From contig OZ251539.1 in the NCBI GenBank assembly GCA_965243135.1, positions 5,632,001 to 5,696,000 of the forward strand: a stretch of DNA of 64,000 bases, read 5' to 3'. The DNA is from Alphaproteobacteria bacterium (lineage in GTDB: Bacteria; Pseudomonadota; Alphaproteobacteria; MPNO01; UBA830). A program made the position numbers and the translations under genes. Positions 29,594 to 40,642 of the stretch are shown piece after piece (the first letter of the stretch is position 1; every line of letters begins with the position of its first letter). Under the pieces are notes generated by a model. It made no database searches, had not been told where the DNA came from, and saw only the letters and a list, made by a program, of their open reading frames with translations.

Positions 29594-30931
29594 ATGACCA
29601 CAGACGCGATCGGACGGCCCGCGAGCCGGTCGATGCTCAGCGATATACCCGGTGGCGACGGATTGCCGCTTCTCGGCCACACGCCCGCTTTTCTGCGCGA
29701 TCCGCTTGCACTCTACGCGCGGTTCAGGGAGGAACACGGTCCGGTCTGCAAGATGCACGCCTTCGGGCGCTGGATCGTAGTGCTGCACGGTGCGGACGCC
29801 CTGCAGATGGTCCTGATGGATCGCGACAGGAACTTTTCGTCCTTTCACGGTTGGGTCGTCCTGCATCGACTCTTTCCCAACGGGCTTATGCTGCGCGACT
29901 TCGACGATCACCGCGCGCACCGGCGGATCATGCTGGCGGCCTTCAGGCCCGCCCCTCTGGCCGATTACGTGGATCGGATGAACGAACGCATTTCCGCCGT
30001 TCTGGACGACTGGCCCGTCGGGCGCGCCTTTCCGTTTTACCGCGCGGTCAAGGAGTTGACGCTGGACCTTGCAGCGTCCGTTTTTCTCGGGCTCGACATC
30101 GGGCCGCAGGCCAGACGGATCAACCGCGCGTTCGTGAACGAGCTCAACGCTTCGACCGCCGTCGTTCGCAAGCCGATCATGGGAAACGCCATGTGGCGCG
30201 GCGTTCGCGCGCGCGCCGTCATGCTCGATTTCTTTCGCGAACTGGTGGCCGCGCGGCCGGACGGCGTCGACATGGTCAGCCAGCTCTGCCGCGCCCGGTC
30301 GGAGGACGGGGCGTTCTTTGCCGACGAGGAGATCGTCGATCATCTCAACTTCCTTCTCATGGCCGCGCATGACACCACTACGAGCGCGTTGACCACCATG
30401 ACCTGGGCTCTGGCGGAACATCCGCAATGGCAGGATGTCCTTCGCGCGGAAGCGGAAGACATTGGCGGCGACCGCGTCTCCTACGACGAAATGGAGAAGG
30501 CGGAACGGACCGAGCGCGTTTTCAAGGAGGCGCTGCGGTTGCGTCCCCCCGTTCCGTTCATTCCGCGCTACGCGCTCGAATCCTTCGATTACGCCGGCCG
30601 CACCGTTCCCGGGCGGACTCACGTTTCCATCAGCCCCGGTCTTGTCGCGCGCGACCCGGAACTGTGGACGGATCCGCTCGCATTCGATCCTGATCGCTTC
30701 GCGCCGGAAAGAGCCGAGGATCAGCGTCATCGTTTCGCTTGGTCGCCGTTCGGCGGCGGAGCGCACAAGTGCATCGGGATGCATTTCGCGACGTTGCAGG
30801 TCAAGGCCTTTACCGCCCAGTTTCTTCGTCGTTTCCGCCTGGAACTGCCGGAAGGCGACGAGATTCGCTGGCGGCATTTGCCGATTCCGAAGCCGAAGAA
30901 CGACCTTCCTGTCGTTTTGCGCCGTGCGTAG
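29594..30931 (+). CDS. Cytochrome P450
   Basis: AAHDTT I-helix, EALR (ExxR), FDPDRF, heme motif FGGGAHKCIG. Confidence 0.95.
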   Translation: MTTDAIGRPASRSMLSDIPGGDGLPLLGHTPAFLRDPLALYARFREEHGPVCKMHAFGRWIVVLHGADALQMVLMDRDRNFSSFHGWVVLHRLFPNGLMLRDFDDHRAHRRIMLAAFRPAPLADYVDRMNERISAVLDDWPVGRAFPFYRAVKELTLDLAASVFLGLDIGPQARRINRAFVNELNASTAVVRKPIMGNAMWRGVRARAVMLDFFRELVAARPDGVDMVSQLCRARSEDGAFFADEEIVDHLNFLLMAAHDTTTSALTTMTWALAEHPQWQDVLRAEAEDIGGDRVSYDEMEKAERTERVFKEALRLRPPVPFIPRYALESFDYAGRTVPGRTHVSISPGLVARDPELWTDPLAFDPDRFAPERAEDQRHRFAWSPFGGGAHKCIGMHFATLQVKAFTAQFLRRFRLELPEGDEIRWRHLPIPKPKNDLPVVLRRA

Positions 30932-31045
30932 GTTGACGGAGGAAGCGGAGTCCGCCGGCCGGAGAGCTTCCTCCCGGAGGCCGAAAGAACCGGTGCCGAG
31001 CGGCGTCCGCAGGCGCAACGGCGATCAAGCCGAGAGGAGATCGAT

Positions 31046-31876
31046 ATGGCGCATGAGCCGGAAGTAGCGCTGTCGCCCGTCGACATTAAGTCCTATGAAC
31101 AGCGGGGAGTCGCGCTTCTCGAGGGCGCGATCGGCGAGCGTTGGCTGAAGTCTCTCGCCGCCGCCATCGAGCGCGACATCTCCGATCCGGCGCCGGGTTA
31201 CCACGGATACGAAAATCAGGAGGGCCGGTTTCACGGCAATTTCGATCTCTGGCGGACCGACGAAGACTTCGCCGACTACTGCCTGCACTCGCCGTTGCCC
31301 GCCCTCGCCGCGGCGTTCATGAACAGCGGCGAGGTGAAACTGCTTTACGACCAGTTGTTCGTGAAGGAACCGGGCACGCCGGTTCGGACTCCGTGGCACA
31401 ACGATCAGCCTTATTTTCCGGTTTCGGGATGGAACGTGATCTCGTTCTGGCTCGCTCTCGATCCGGTCACCGTTGATAGCGGCGCCGTGGAGTACGTTGC
31501 CGGTTCGCACCTCTGGGACCGGTGGTTCCAGCCTCGCACTTTCGCAGCGGGCGGCTTTCGCTACGACGAGAACCCGAAATACGAGCCGGTTCCGGACGTA
31601 GAGGCTGACCGGGATTCCTACGATATCGTCGCGTTCGAGATGCAGCCGGGCGATGTGCTCGCCTTCCACGCCCTTTCGTTGCATGGCGCGGGAGGAAATC
31701 TGCGCCGCGATGTGCGCCGTCGCGGCTACACCGTTCGTTACACAGGGGACGGCGTGGTCTATGATCCGCGCGTCGGCACCAATCCCGGGCTTCACCGCGC
31801 CGATCATCCGGTCGGCGCACCGCTTGATCCCGCCGTCTTTCCTGTGGCCTGGCCGGACCAGCCGGCTTCGAACTGA
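31046..31876 (+). CDS. Phytanoyl-CoA dioxygenase (PhyH) family Fe(II)/2OG enzyme
   Basis: VKEPG...TPWHNDQPY, WLALD, GSH.W, PGDVLAFH...LHGA. Confidence 0.9.
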   Translation: MAHEPEVALSPVDIKSYEQRGVALLEGAIGERWLKSLAAAIERDISDPAPGYHGYENQEGRFHGNFDLWRTDEDFADYCLHSPLPALAAAFMNSGEVKLLYDQLFVKEPGTPVRTPWHNDQPYFPVSGWNVISFWLALDPVTVDSGAVEYVAGSHLWDRWFQPRTFAAGGFRYDENPKYEPVPDVEADRDSYDIVAFEMQPGDVLAFHALSLHGAGGNLRRDVRRRGYTVRYTGDGVVYDPRVGTNPGLHRADHPVGAPLDPAVFPVAWPDQPASN

Positions 31877-32567
31877 TCCCGCGGCTCGACGATGACGGCC
31901 AATGCGCTGGCGGCGACCGGCGTAAGCACAGGGGCGACGAAACCGCGATCCGGGTGCGCCGGCCGCTTCGCAGCGTCGGCCAAATCCTCTCCGGAGAAGC
32001 GGAGACCGTGTCTACGAGGCGGCTACTCGGCGCGGCAAGTCCTCGCGTTCGGACGGCGCGACGCTGGACATGTGGAGAACCGCAGGGCGGAAGGCAGGGG
32101 CCGTCCGAAGGCAAAGCGCAAGTTTCGCGCCTACGCTGCCGCGAGATGCCGTTGCGCGCGGCCGTTCTGCCGATGGCTTTGCTACGAGTTTCGTCAAGCT
32201 CGCTCGGCAGGTTGCGGCGGCAAGTGCCGTCGAGGCGCCGCCGTCCCTCGGCGGTCTCCGCCAAAGCCTGACGATCCGGAGGACGGCAGTACTTTCCCGT
32301 TCCTTCGATCGCTTTTGCGGCTTCGACGGTCTCCAACAAGTCCATCGCAGTCTGCGACGCGACCCTTTCCGCGACAGGTTCTCGCCGCGTGGGTTATCCA
32401 ATTCATGGGGGACATGCGCTCGCGCGCCTGGTTAGATCGGGCGGAACTTTGTATATTGCGCGAAATGCCGGTCGCCGGGTTGGCCCTGTCGCGGCGCAAC
32501 AACGCGACCGCTGGCTTGGCCGGATCTGCCGCGCCGGGAAATCGGTGAAGCTGCTGGAGAGATTCCC

Positions 32568-32969
32568 ATGAATGTGATCACTCCCTTAATGAAGAAGCAT
32601 GACGGGCTCAGCCCGCTCGCGTCGCGTTTCGTGGATGTCGATGATCTGCCCTGGAAACCGACGCCTTGTGACGGCATCGACATGAAGATTCTCATGCAGG
32701 ATCCGGAAAGCGGCATGATGACGGCGCTGTTCAGATGGGCGCCGGGCGCGAAGTTGACCCTGCACGAGCATGTCGCGTTGGAGCAGACCTTCGTTCTCGA
32801 GGGATCGCTGGTCGACGACGAAGGCGAGGTGAAGGCGGGAAATTACGTTTGGCGTCCGGCCGGTAGCCGTCACGACGCTTGGGCGCCGGACGGCGCGCTC
32901 ATCCTGTCGATGTTCCTCAAGCCGAACGTTTTTCTGGATGGCGGCAAGGAGGGCGTCGAACTCAAATAG
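32568..32969 (+). CDS. ChrR-like cupin domain protein
   Basis: LPWKPT...GI..K.L, HEH..LEQTFVLEGSL, YVWRPAGSRH. Confidence 0.85.
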   Translation: MNVITPLMKKHDGLSPLASRFVDVDDLPWKPTPCDGIDMKILMQDPESGMMTALFRWAPGAKLTLHEHVALEQTFVLEGSLVDDEGEVKAGNYVWRPAGSRHDAWAPDGALILSMFLKPNVFLDGGKEGVELK

Positions 32970-32999
32970 CGCCTGTCGGCACGTCGGCGTTAACGTCTT

Positions 33000-33374
33000 G
33001 GCAGCGTCAACCCGACGAACGGCCGTCCGGCGTTGAGTGTTTCGCTTGCGGAGATTTCCGGGCTTGGATTCTGCGGCGACTCCGGGAGGCGTCACGCGGC
33101 GTCGGCAATTTCCGCGCGAGAATCTATGCGGTTGCGACGTTCGGAACGGTGCAGTTCGATGCCCATGTCGCGAAACCCGTACAGGCGTGTTCGCGGCACT
33201 TGACGGCCTCAGACGCTTCGCTCTCTACCGGGCCGACGAGTCTACGACCGCAACCCGGAAGGCCGCGTGGTCCGCTTCGACGCGACCCTTCGGAGGCGTG
33301 GACAGCCGCTTCGCGCCTGACCGCTTCCCCAAAGGCCCAGCCACCACGAAGTTCGCTTCCAGGTAGACGTTCAC
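33000..33374 (-). pseudogene. Decayed PIN-domain gene
   Basis: A GTG overlapping the upstream stop (GTGA) begins MNVYLEANFV, a typical PIN N-terminus. The frame then breaks down. The 3' boundary is approximate. Confidence 0.55.
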
Positions 33375-33829
33375 GCCGTTGTCTCATGCTCGATGCGGCC
33401 GCCCTGGACTGCGGCATGAAGCCCCGACTCGACGAGCCAACTCCGGCCGTCGGCCGGCTCATCCTCAAGACCCTCCGACCGGATGATATCGCCCAGCCAA
33501 CTGCTAACGAGCAGTTCGAACGCGTAACCGCTGACTGTGCGGGGATCGATTCCGGCGCTTTCGAAATACGGCGCGAATTCCGGTCTTGCGTCGGCTATGT
33601 AGGTTGGCGGGATTTCAACGGGCTCGACGCCGGCATCTTTCCACAAGTACAGCCGATCCGGCGTGACGATGATAAAGAAGTCGGCGCCGCATGGCCTGCC
33701 ATGGGCGATCATGTTCCGCCGCGTCCCGGCGGCCCATTCGGGGGAGGTCCCGAGCTTGTTCCTGATATCGGCAACGACGGCCAACCTGTAATTGCGGTTG
33801 TAAATGGCGAGATCCGCGCCAACGAACAC
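33371..33829 (-). CDS. Conserved hypothetical protein, possibly restriction-endonuclease-like fold
   Basis: DLAIYNR...VVADIR...WAA..RRN.IAH...FFIIV.PDRLYLW. AGAGG RBS before the GTG at 33829. Confidence 0.6.
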   Translation of the reverse strand: MFVGADLAIYNRNYRLAVVADIRNKLGTSPEWAAGTRRNMIAHGRPCGADFFIIVTPDRLYLWKDAGVEPVEIPPTYIADARPEFAPYFESAGIDPRTVSGYAFELLVSSWLGDIIRSEGLEDEPADGRSWLVESGLHAAVQGGRIEHETTA

Positions 33830-33949
33830 ATCGGGTAACCTCTGTTTGCATTGCCGAAAAATATGGTCGCGGCCCGCGGAAACGTCAACGGACGAGTTTT
33901 GGCGCAGCAAAGACGGTTTGCGCTGCGGGAGCGTCGCAGGTCGTTGGGT

Positions 33950-34560
33950 TGCCGCCGCGCGTCGTCGAAGAAGATGCTGCCGTCAAGCTCCCGTTCGTCG
34001 AAGGCGGCGGTTTGTTCTCTCGCCCCGGGCGCACCGCTCTGCACGATACGGACGACCGCCCACTCGTCGCCGAGAAGCTTCGGGTGCCCGATGTCCATGA
34101 AGTCGCGGCGCCTCCGGCAGTAAACGAGCACGAGTTGGCCCGGCAGGTCCTTCGTCAGGACTTTCTACCGGCAAGCGCGGCGCATGTCCGTGCGGCAGCG
34201 ACCCGGGCTGTCGTCCTCGACGCCGCTGGGGGCTCGTTCGGTGCCGCTCTTCCGCGAGCGTCGAGTGCGCTCGCTCCCGAAACTTGTCCCGAACAAGCTC
34301 GCGGTTGCGCGCCGCGGGCGTTGTCGCGCTCGTCGAGTCGCTTCCTCAGCTTCGCCGCGCCGAAGGCGCAAGCTCGTTCACCGAGGATGCCGTTTAAGCT
34401 CGTTGCGCGCCGCCTCGGCACGGGCCCGCGCCCGACAGCGCTGCGTTTTCCGGAACGTCGCTTGCCGACGCGCCTCTTTCCAGCGAAGCGTCGTCTGGCG
34501 CAACTCGTCCCGCTGCCGAATCGCCTCGTTCCGTTCGGTAAAGCGACGCCGCCCAAGACA
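33950..34560 (-). pseudogene. Eroded coiled-coil/ATPase gene remnant (YhaN/SbcC-like); homologous to 57560-57850
   Basis: GAREQ and LDGSIFFDDAR resemble an ABC signature and Walker B/D-loop. The DNA is shared in inverted orientation with 57.6-57.85 kb (e.g. gcgacgttccggaaaacgcagcgc). Confidence 0.45.
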
Positions 34561-34680
34561 CTGGAGGCTTCTAACCACGTTGCCGTACCCATGGCACACA
34601 AGGAGCTCGTTTCCAGTTGTTTTTCACGGGGCAAGGTCCTATCCCAGCGAACGCTTACCGAGTCGGCCGATCTTCGACCG

Positions 34681-35919
34681 TCAGGCCAAGGTTCTGACTT
34701 TCCTCGAATCCGCATGCTCGAACGCCGACGCCATGCGCTCGATTTCGCGCGGCGAGACGCCCAGCCCGGCCGCTTCTTCTCTCCAACCGGCGACGGCGCG
34801 GCTGACCTCTACAGTGATCGACTTCGCGTCCTTCTGCTTCAGCCCGTAGTACTCGGCGGTTTCGAGAGCCAGCTCGATGGAGGCGGTCGGATCGTTCATG
34901 TCGATCGAAGTCGAGAGGGCGCGGGGCCGGATGTCCGTCGGCGTCGGATTCAGGTCGTAGGCGGGCGACAAACGCCAGCCTTCGTGGCCGACATGAAGAA
35001 AGCCATGGTTACGGAGGTGGTCGTCGACATTGGAAATCAGCACGCTGAGCGAGATTCGCCGCCAGAGTTGGATCAGATCCGCCTTCGTCGCCGCGCCGTA
35101 TCGGCGGAGCGCGTCGGCGATTTCCAGGTAGGAACGAGGTTCGTTGTCGTTTGCGCCGAGCATACTCATGGCGGACAGGAACGGGATGCGTTCTCCGTCG
35201 GCGCGGTCGAAACGGCGGACAAGGAGGACCGGCTTCTTTTCGATCCGTTCGACGCGCCATTCGGGCACGTCGACGCCGGATTTCCGCGCCAGGGATAAAG
35301 CTACGGCCTCCCACGACACGACGTCGACGCCGTCCCGCCCGTGCGGGAACTTGGCCAGCGCTAGACGCCCGTCACGATCGCGCACCGAGGCCTTGGGACG
35401 CGCGCCGCCCAGGGACGACCCGGGCGCGAGCAGAACCCGCAAGTCCTCGTCGTCCTCATTTTCATCGACCACCCGCTCGGCGGCGGAGAGCAAGCGCGGG
35501 AGTTCGACCAACGGCGGGATGCGGCGAACCTCCGCCGGCGCGAGGAAGGCCCCCTCCAACCTGAATCTGAGGGCGCCCTGGCGGGCTTCGTCGTCCACCA
35601 TTAGCAGGAAGTCCGCCTCGAAGAGCGTGCGGGGCGTCTGTCCTTCCCGCGCGGCGCGTCGGCGTTCCGCGCGACGCATCAGCGCTCGCCCCCACCTGTC
35701 GGGCGCGGAATCGCCGATCGCGCCGAAGAGAGCCTTGTCCGGCGGCGTCGGTCCTGGCGCGAGCATGAGAGCGGGCTCTAGAGCAAAGCGCCCGGCACGC
35801 TCGAGCCAGACTGGATCGTATTCGAAGGAAGCGCTTTCGCGCCCCTTGCGGACGCACGACCAAAGACGTCCGACGAGGATTGTCGCGTCATGGAGGTATA
35901 CGAGGATTTCCCGATCCAT
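34681..35919 (-). CDS. hipA: HipA-family kinase toxin
   Basis: DSAPDRWGR, GSSLGGARPK, LAKFP, RRFDR, NVDDHLRNHGFL, LSPAYDLNP. Confidence 0.92.
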   Translation of the reverse strand: MDREILVYLHDATILVGRLWSCVRKGRESASFEYDPVWLERAGRFALEPALMLAPGPTPPDKALFGAIGDSAPDRWGRALMRRAERRRAAREGQTPRTLFEADFLLMVDDEARQGALRFRLEGAFLAPAEVRRIPPLVELPRLLSAAERVVDENEDDEDLRVLLAPGSSLGGARPKASVRDRDGRLALAKFPHGRDGVDVVSWEAVALSLARKSGVDVPEWRVERIEKKPVLLVRRFDRADGERIPFLSAMSMLGANDNEPRSYLEIADALRRYGAATKADLIQLWRRISLSVLISNVDDHLRNHGFLHVGHEGWRLSPAYDLNPTPTDIRPRALSTSIDMNDPTASIELALETAEYYGLKQKDAKSITVEVSRAVAGWREEAAGLGVSPREIERMASAFEHADSRKVRTLA

Positions 35920-36254
35920 CACGAACCTCGTTTGCTCCGGCGAGAGCCGCGAATTCGCTGCGGCAGCAGTTCGTCTTCCAGGCTGAGGCCGACCGCGTCG
36001 TGTTTGGGATCGGCCAGATCGGACAGCCGTGAGGTCATGTCGAGGACGAAGAGCGCAGTGGCGTATATCCCCATGCTGACGCCGGGGTCGCCCTTCTCGA
36101 CCTTGTTGAGCGTCATTCGGCTGACAAGCGCCCGCTCCGCCATGACGGCCGTGGGTATCCGCCGCCGCCGCCGCGCGTCTCGAATGTCCGCGCCCAGCTT
36201 CTTGAGCGCGCGGCGAACCGGGATCGGCAACGTGGCTTCGGATTTTCCCCTCAT
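35919..36254 (-). CDS. XRE-family HTH antitoxin (HipB-like)
   Basis: LG.DIRDARRRR...MAERA.VSR.TL.KVEKGDPGVS. The stop overlaps the hipA start. Confidence 0.88.
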   Translation of the reverse strand: MRGKSEATLPIPVRRALKKLGADIRDARRRRRIPTAVMAERALVSRMTLNKVEKGDPGVSMGIYATALFVLDMTSRLSDLADPKHDAVGLSLEDELLPQRIRGSRRSKRGS

Positions 36255-36310
36255 AATGTCCACCATCTCTTGCGTTAAACAATATAACGTAAGATATGGT
36301 AGACATTATG
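36252..36310. promoter_or_regulatory. 26-bp inverted repeat (3 mismatches, 7-nt spacer) over the hipBA promoter/start; likely operator
   Basis: cataatgtccaccatctcttgcgtta-aacaata-taacgtaagatatggtagacattatg. Confidence 0.75.
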
Positions 36311-36713
36311 TCAAGCTTGGCGGTTCTTTTCGCCGCCGGGAGGTCGCAGGGATCTTCCGGCCTGGGTCGAGCTGCGCACGGCCGGCGCAAGTTCGGGCCG
36401 GGCCTCTTGCGCCGTTCCTGTCGTCTTGAACTAGAGGCGGATTTCAGAGGCACGGAATTTACCCCGATTCGGATACGGAAAACTGCAAAGTCTCCGCGGC
36501 GGCCGTTTTCGCGGATTTCGCCCCAAGCCGCGCCGCGCCCGGTCGTCCGCGTTCGGGCCCGCAGCCCGGCTCTTCCTTGCCGCGCGGGAACGACCGGATT
36601 TCCGTTTTCGTTCGCAGCTCCTGCGCGACCCTTGGGGGAGCTGCCGAGGGGCCGGGACGAAGCGTGCGGAGCGACCGGGCGACAAGAAATCGCGGCGCGC
36701 GAACGCCTCTTCT

Positions 36714-36742
36714 TTGACAAATCCCGCGCGGCAGCCGATTCT
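36714..36742 (+). promoter_or_regulatory. Sigma70-like promoter, probably giving a leaderless mRNA
   Basis: TTGACA-N17-GATTCT-N6-ATG(36749). No SD sequence. Confidence 0.55.
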
Positions 36743-36748
36743 GCGCGG

Positions 36749-38287
36749 ATGGAAAAACGCATGCTTCCGATCGGCATGTCCTCCCTCCGGGAAATCCGGA
36801 CGAGGGACTGCTACTACGTCGACAAGACGGACCATGTGCGCCGCCTCGTCGAGGGGGGCAAGCACTACTTCCTGTCGCGTCCGCGCCGGTTCGGCAAGAC
36901 CCTCCTGGTGGACACGCTGCAGGAGCTGTTCGAGGGAAGCGAGGAACCGTTCCGGGGCCTCGCCGTGCACGGCAAGTGGGACTGGTCGGCGCGCTATCCG
37001 GTGGTGCGGATCAGTTTCGGCAGGGGAAATTTCCACATCTCGGACGGGGTTCGGGTAACCGTGGAAAGGCAGTTGGCGGCGACGGAGAGGCGCGCCGGCC
37101 TCGAGCTAGGCTCCGTCGAGGCGTCGGTTCGTTTCTGGGAATTGATCGAGGCTCTGCACGAGCGCACCGGACGGCAGGCGGTCGTTCTGGTGGACGAATA
37201 CGACAAGCCGATCCTGGACGCGCTCGGCGACCGGGAACTGGCGCTGGCCAACCGCGACTTCCTGCGCAGCCTGTACGGGGCGATCAAGGATTGCGACAGG
37301 CATCTCCGTTTCGTTTTCCTGACGGGGGTGAGCAAGTTCTCGCAGGCGGGCATTTTCTCGGGCCTGAACAACCTGAACGACATCACGCTGGACGAGCGCT
37401 ACGGCGCCCTTTGCGGCTACACCGACGACGAACTGGATGCGGTCTTCGCCCCGGAGATCGAGGGCCTGGACCGGGAGAAAATCCGCCGCTGGTACAACGG
37501 CTACAACTGGCTCGGACCGGAGAGGGTCTACAACCCGCACGACATCCTGCTGCTGTTCGACAAGCGCAGATTCCGCCCGTACTGGTTCCAGAGCGGCACG
37601 CCGACCTTCCTCGCCGACCTTCTGGCGCGGCGCCGGGTCTCGGCGCCGGCCCTGGAGGGCATGTTCGCGGACGACGACCTGCTGTCGGCCATCGACGTCG
37701 ACCGCATTCCCGTCGAGGCGCTGCTGTTCCAGACCGGCTACCTGACCATCGCCGACGAGAAGCGGGACGAGGACGCGCCTCTCTACCGGCTGGACTACCC
37801 GAACCATGAGGTGAAGCGCAGCCTGAACGCGCTTCTGCTGGAGGCGATGGCGCCGGACGTCGCGGTCGCGGCGGAAAACCTGCGCCGCCTGATGCGGACG
37901 AACGACTTTGCGGGCCTTGAGAGACGGTTCCGGGCGTTCCTGGCGAGCATTCCGAACGAGTGGTACGCGAACACGGGCATGGCCGGCTACGAGGCGCACT
38001 ATGCGAGCGTGTTCTACTCGCACTTCGCGGCGGCGGGGATGGACGTCCGCGCGGAGGAGAGCACGGCGCGCGGCCGTTCGGATCTGGCGGTCCTGTACGG
38101 CGGCGGCGTCTACCTGTTCGAGTTCAAGGTCGTGGACGGGAAGCCGGAAGGCCGGGCACTGGCGCAGATTCGGGAGCGCGGCTACGCGGACAAGTACCGG
38201 CGTCCGGGCGTTCCGGTCCACCTGATCGGGATCGAGTTCGGTCGGGAGGAGCGCAACATCGTCGGGTTCGAGTTCGAGACCGTTTGA
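36749..38287 (+). CDS. AAA-ATPase-like protein with PD-(D/E)XK (PDDEXK_9-type) nuclease domain
   Basis: LPIG, YYVDKT, FLSRPRRFGKT, VLVDEYDKP, FLTGVSKF, WYNGY, GRSDL...LFEFK...ALAQI..RGYA. Confidence 0.9.
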   Translation: MEKRMLPIGMSSLREIRTRDCYYVDKTDHVRRLVEGGKHYFLSRPRRFGKTLLVDTLQELFEGSEEPFRGLAVHGKWDWSARYPVVRISFGRGNFHISDGVRVTVERQLAATERRAGLELGSVEASVRFWELIEALHERTGRQAVVLVDEYDKPILDALGDRELALANRDFLRSLYGAIKDCDRHLRFVFLTGVSKFSQAGIFSGLNNLNDITLDERYGALCGYTDDELDAVFAPEIEGLDREKIRRWYNGYNWLGPERVYNPHDILLLFDKRRFRPYWFQSGTPTFLADLLARRRVSAPALEGMFADDDLLSAIDVDRIPVEALLFQTGYLTIADEKRDEDAPLYRLDYPNHEVKRSLNALLLEAMAPDVAVAAENLRRLMRTNDFAGLERRFRAFLASIPNEWYANTGMAGYEAHYASVFYSHFAAAGMDVRAEESTARGRSDLAVLYGGGVYLFEFKVVDGKPEGRALAQIRERGYADKYRRPGVPVHLIGIEFGREERNIVGFEFETV

Positions 38288-38542
38288 ACCGCCGGCCGGC
38301 GCCGGAAGGAGGTTCCCGTGCCGGTTCGAGATCCCGAAGGCTTTCGGACCTCCCGGCGTGGCCCATGGATATTTTTTGCAGCTCCCGCTTGCGAAGCGCA
38401 ACGGAGGCTGTCGGCAGCGCGGGGGCGTTGGGCGACCGGTCGACAAAAATGGCGCGGCGCAAACGCCTCGGGCCGGTTTTCCTTACGCGGCGGAAGGAAG
38501 CCTGATAGGATGGCGCGGTGACGAAACGCGCGCGGTGATGCC

Positions 38543-38941
38543 ATGTCCGAGGCCGTTCTTTTCGCCAACGAAGCGTTTTACCGCGCGTTCGCCGACCGCG
38601 ACGCCGAGGCCATGGACGAAATCTGGTCCCGGACGGCGTCCGTCGCGTGCGTTCATCCCGGATGGGGGCCGCTATACGGCCGGGAAACGGTGATGCGGAG
38701 TTGGTTCGCGATCATCCGCAACGAGGAGTCGCCCGCCATTCGCTTTCACGACGCCCGCGCCGTCGTTCACGGCGATTCGGCCTGCGTCATTTGCTTCGAG
38801 GAAATCGACGAAAACTGGCTCGTGGCGACCAATGCCTTCGTTCGCGAGGGCAGCCTGTGGAAGATGGTTCATCACCATTCCGGTCCGACCGCCGCGCGAC
38901 CCGAGACCCGATCCGACGATACGCAAGCCTCCGTAAATTAG
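38543..38941 (+). CDS. SnoaL/NTF2-like family protein
   Basis: [26 protein letters not shown]...WKMVHHH. Confidence 0.88.
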   Translation: MSEAVLFANEAFYRAFADRDAEAMDEIWSRTASVACVHPGWGPLYGRETVMRSWFAIIRNEESPAIRFHDARAVVHGDSACVICFEEIDENWLVATNAFVREGSLWKMVHHHSGPTAARPETRSDDTQASVN

Positions 38942-40563
38942 GCGTCGGCCCCTGCGCCGGAAACGGCGCGCGAAATCAGCGCGACGGTCTCGTCCTTGCC
39001 GTAATACGCCACGAACGAACCGAAGCGCGGTCCAGCGCTCTGGCCCAGCAGGACCTCGTACAGCATCCGGAACCAGTCGCGCAGATTCCCGTAATCGTTG
39101 CGCTTGCCGACCTCGTAGATCTCGGTCTGGATCGCTTCCGCGCCGGCGTCCGGCGGAAGCGCTTCGATGGCCGCGGCGAGATCCCGCAGCGCTCCTTTCT
39201 CTGCGCCGTCCGGAACGCGGTAGGCCTTTTTCGGCTTGACGAAATCCCGGTAATAAGCGACCGCGTGACCGACGAGCCTGTCGAGATACGGCTCGCCATC
39301 GGGCGTCGCGTCCGGCGCGTAGCGCGTAATGAACCCCCATAGAACCGCCGGATCCTCCGCGTTGCAGACGGCGGCGAGGTTCAGCAGCAGACCGAATCTG
39401 ACGGGGCTCTTGCCGACGATAAGCTTCGACACGGCGAAAGACGAGGAAGGAGCTCCTACCGGAACCGCCGGCAGGCCGATATGCCAGACCGGATTCTCCA
39501 GCCGCGCGTCGGCGGCCTGGCCATCGTACTTTTCCAGATGCGTCAGATAGTCGTCGACATGCCGCGGGATGACGTCGAAATAAAGCCGCTTCGCTTTTCT
39601 CGGCGAATTGTACATGTAGAGCGCAAGGCTTTCGGACGGCGCGTATTCCAGCCACTCCTCGACCGAAATGCCGTTGCCGCGGGACTTCGATATCTTCTCC
39701 CCGCGCTCGTCCAGAAAGAGTTCGTAAGTGAACCCCTCCGGCGGAACGCCGCCCAGCAGGCGGCAGATGCGCGAGGACAGGCGGACCGAGTCGATCAGGT
39801 CCTTGCCGGACATCTCGTAGTCCACGGAAAGCGCCGTCCAGCGCATCGCCCAGTCGGCTTTCCATTGCAGCTTGCACCGCCCCCCGGTGACGGGCGTTTC
39901 GACGGCGCCGCCGTTCTCGTCGAGGTAGACGATGGTCCCGCCGTCGGCGTCGGTTTCGACGACCTTCGCCAGCAACACCTTGCCGGTCCGCGGACAGACC
40001 GGCAGGAACGGGCTGTACGTCTCGCGCCGGTCGGCACCGAGCGTGGGCGCGATGACGCCGACGACCTCGTCGTGGCGGCGCAGAATATGAAGCAGGGCGT
40101 CGTCGAACGCGCCCGAAGCGTAGCATTCGGTCGCGCTCCGGAATTCGTAGTCGAAGCCGAACGCGTCGAGGAACGCGCGCAGCCGAGCGTTGTTGTGGTG
40201 GCCGAAGCTCTCGTGCTCGCCGAACGGGTCGGGCACGGCGGTCAGCGGCTTGCCGAGATGGGCCTGCAGCGCCTCCCGGTTGGGAACGTTGTCCGGCACG
40301 CTGCGCAGCCCGTCCATGTCGTCCGAGAACGCGAACAACCTGGTCGGCACGTCCGAAATCGCCTCGAACGCCCTGCGCACCATCGTCGTGCGCACCACTT
40401 CGCCGAACGTCCCGATATGGGGAAGCCCGGACGGGCCGTAGCCGGTCTGGAACAGCGCGTAGCCCTTTTCGGGAGTCTCGCCGCCGAGCCGAGCCGCGAC
40501 CTTGCGCGCTTCCTCGAACGGCCACGCCCGGGCTTGCATGCCGGGCGCCGCGGGATCGGACAC
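38938..40563 (-). CDS. lysS: Lysine--tRNA ligase, class I
   Basis: [43 protein letters not shown]. Confidence 0.96.
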   Translation of the reverse strand: MSDPAAPGMQARAWPFEEARKVAARLGGETPEKGYALFQTGYGPSGLPHIGTFGEVVRTTMVRRAFEAISDVPTRLFAFSDDMDGLRSVPDNVPNREALQAHLGKPLTAVPDPFGEHESFGHHNNARLRAFLDAFGFDYEFRSATECYASGAFDDALLHILRRHDEVVGVIAPTLGADRRETYSPFLPVCPRTGKVLLAKVVETDADGGTIVYLDENGGAVETPVTGGRCKLQWKADWAMRWTALSVDYEMSGKDLIDSVRLSSRICRLLGGVPPEGFTYELFLDERGEKISKSRGNGISVEEWLEYAPSESLALYMYNSPRKAKRLYFDVIPRHVDDYLTHLEKYDGQAADARLENPVWHIGLPAVPVGAPSSSFAVSKLIVGKSPVRFGLLLNLAAVCNAEDPAVLWGFITRYAPDATPDGEPYLDRLVGHAVAYYRDFVKPKKAYRVPDGAEKGALRDLAAAIEALPPDAGAEAIQTEIYEVGKRNDYGNLRDWFRMLYEVLLGQSAGPRFGSFVAYYGKDETVALISRAVSGAGADA

Positions 40564-40583
40564 CGTTTCGTCCTCCTTCGTGA

Positions 40584-40612
40584 AGCCTATGCGCGCGCCT
40601 GCGGCCGGTCAA
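40584..40612 (-). promoter_or_regulatory. Putative sigma70 promoter of lysS
   Basis: Minus strand reads TTGACC-N17-TAGGCT, followed by the AGGAGG RBS. Confidence 0.55.
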
Positions 40613-40642
40613 CGCCGCGCCGCGATGTTGTATACTGCAGAA

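Noticed and set aside
31880-32560. Possible gene remnant between PhyH and the cupin
   Set aside because: Fragments look protein-like (MDLLETVEAAKAIE) but cannot be assigned to a family from sequence alone.
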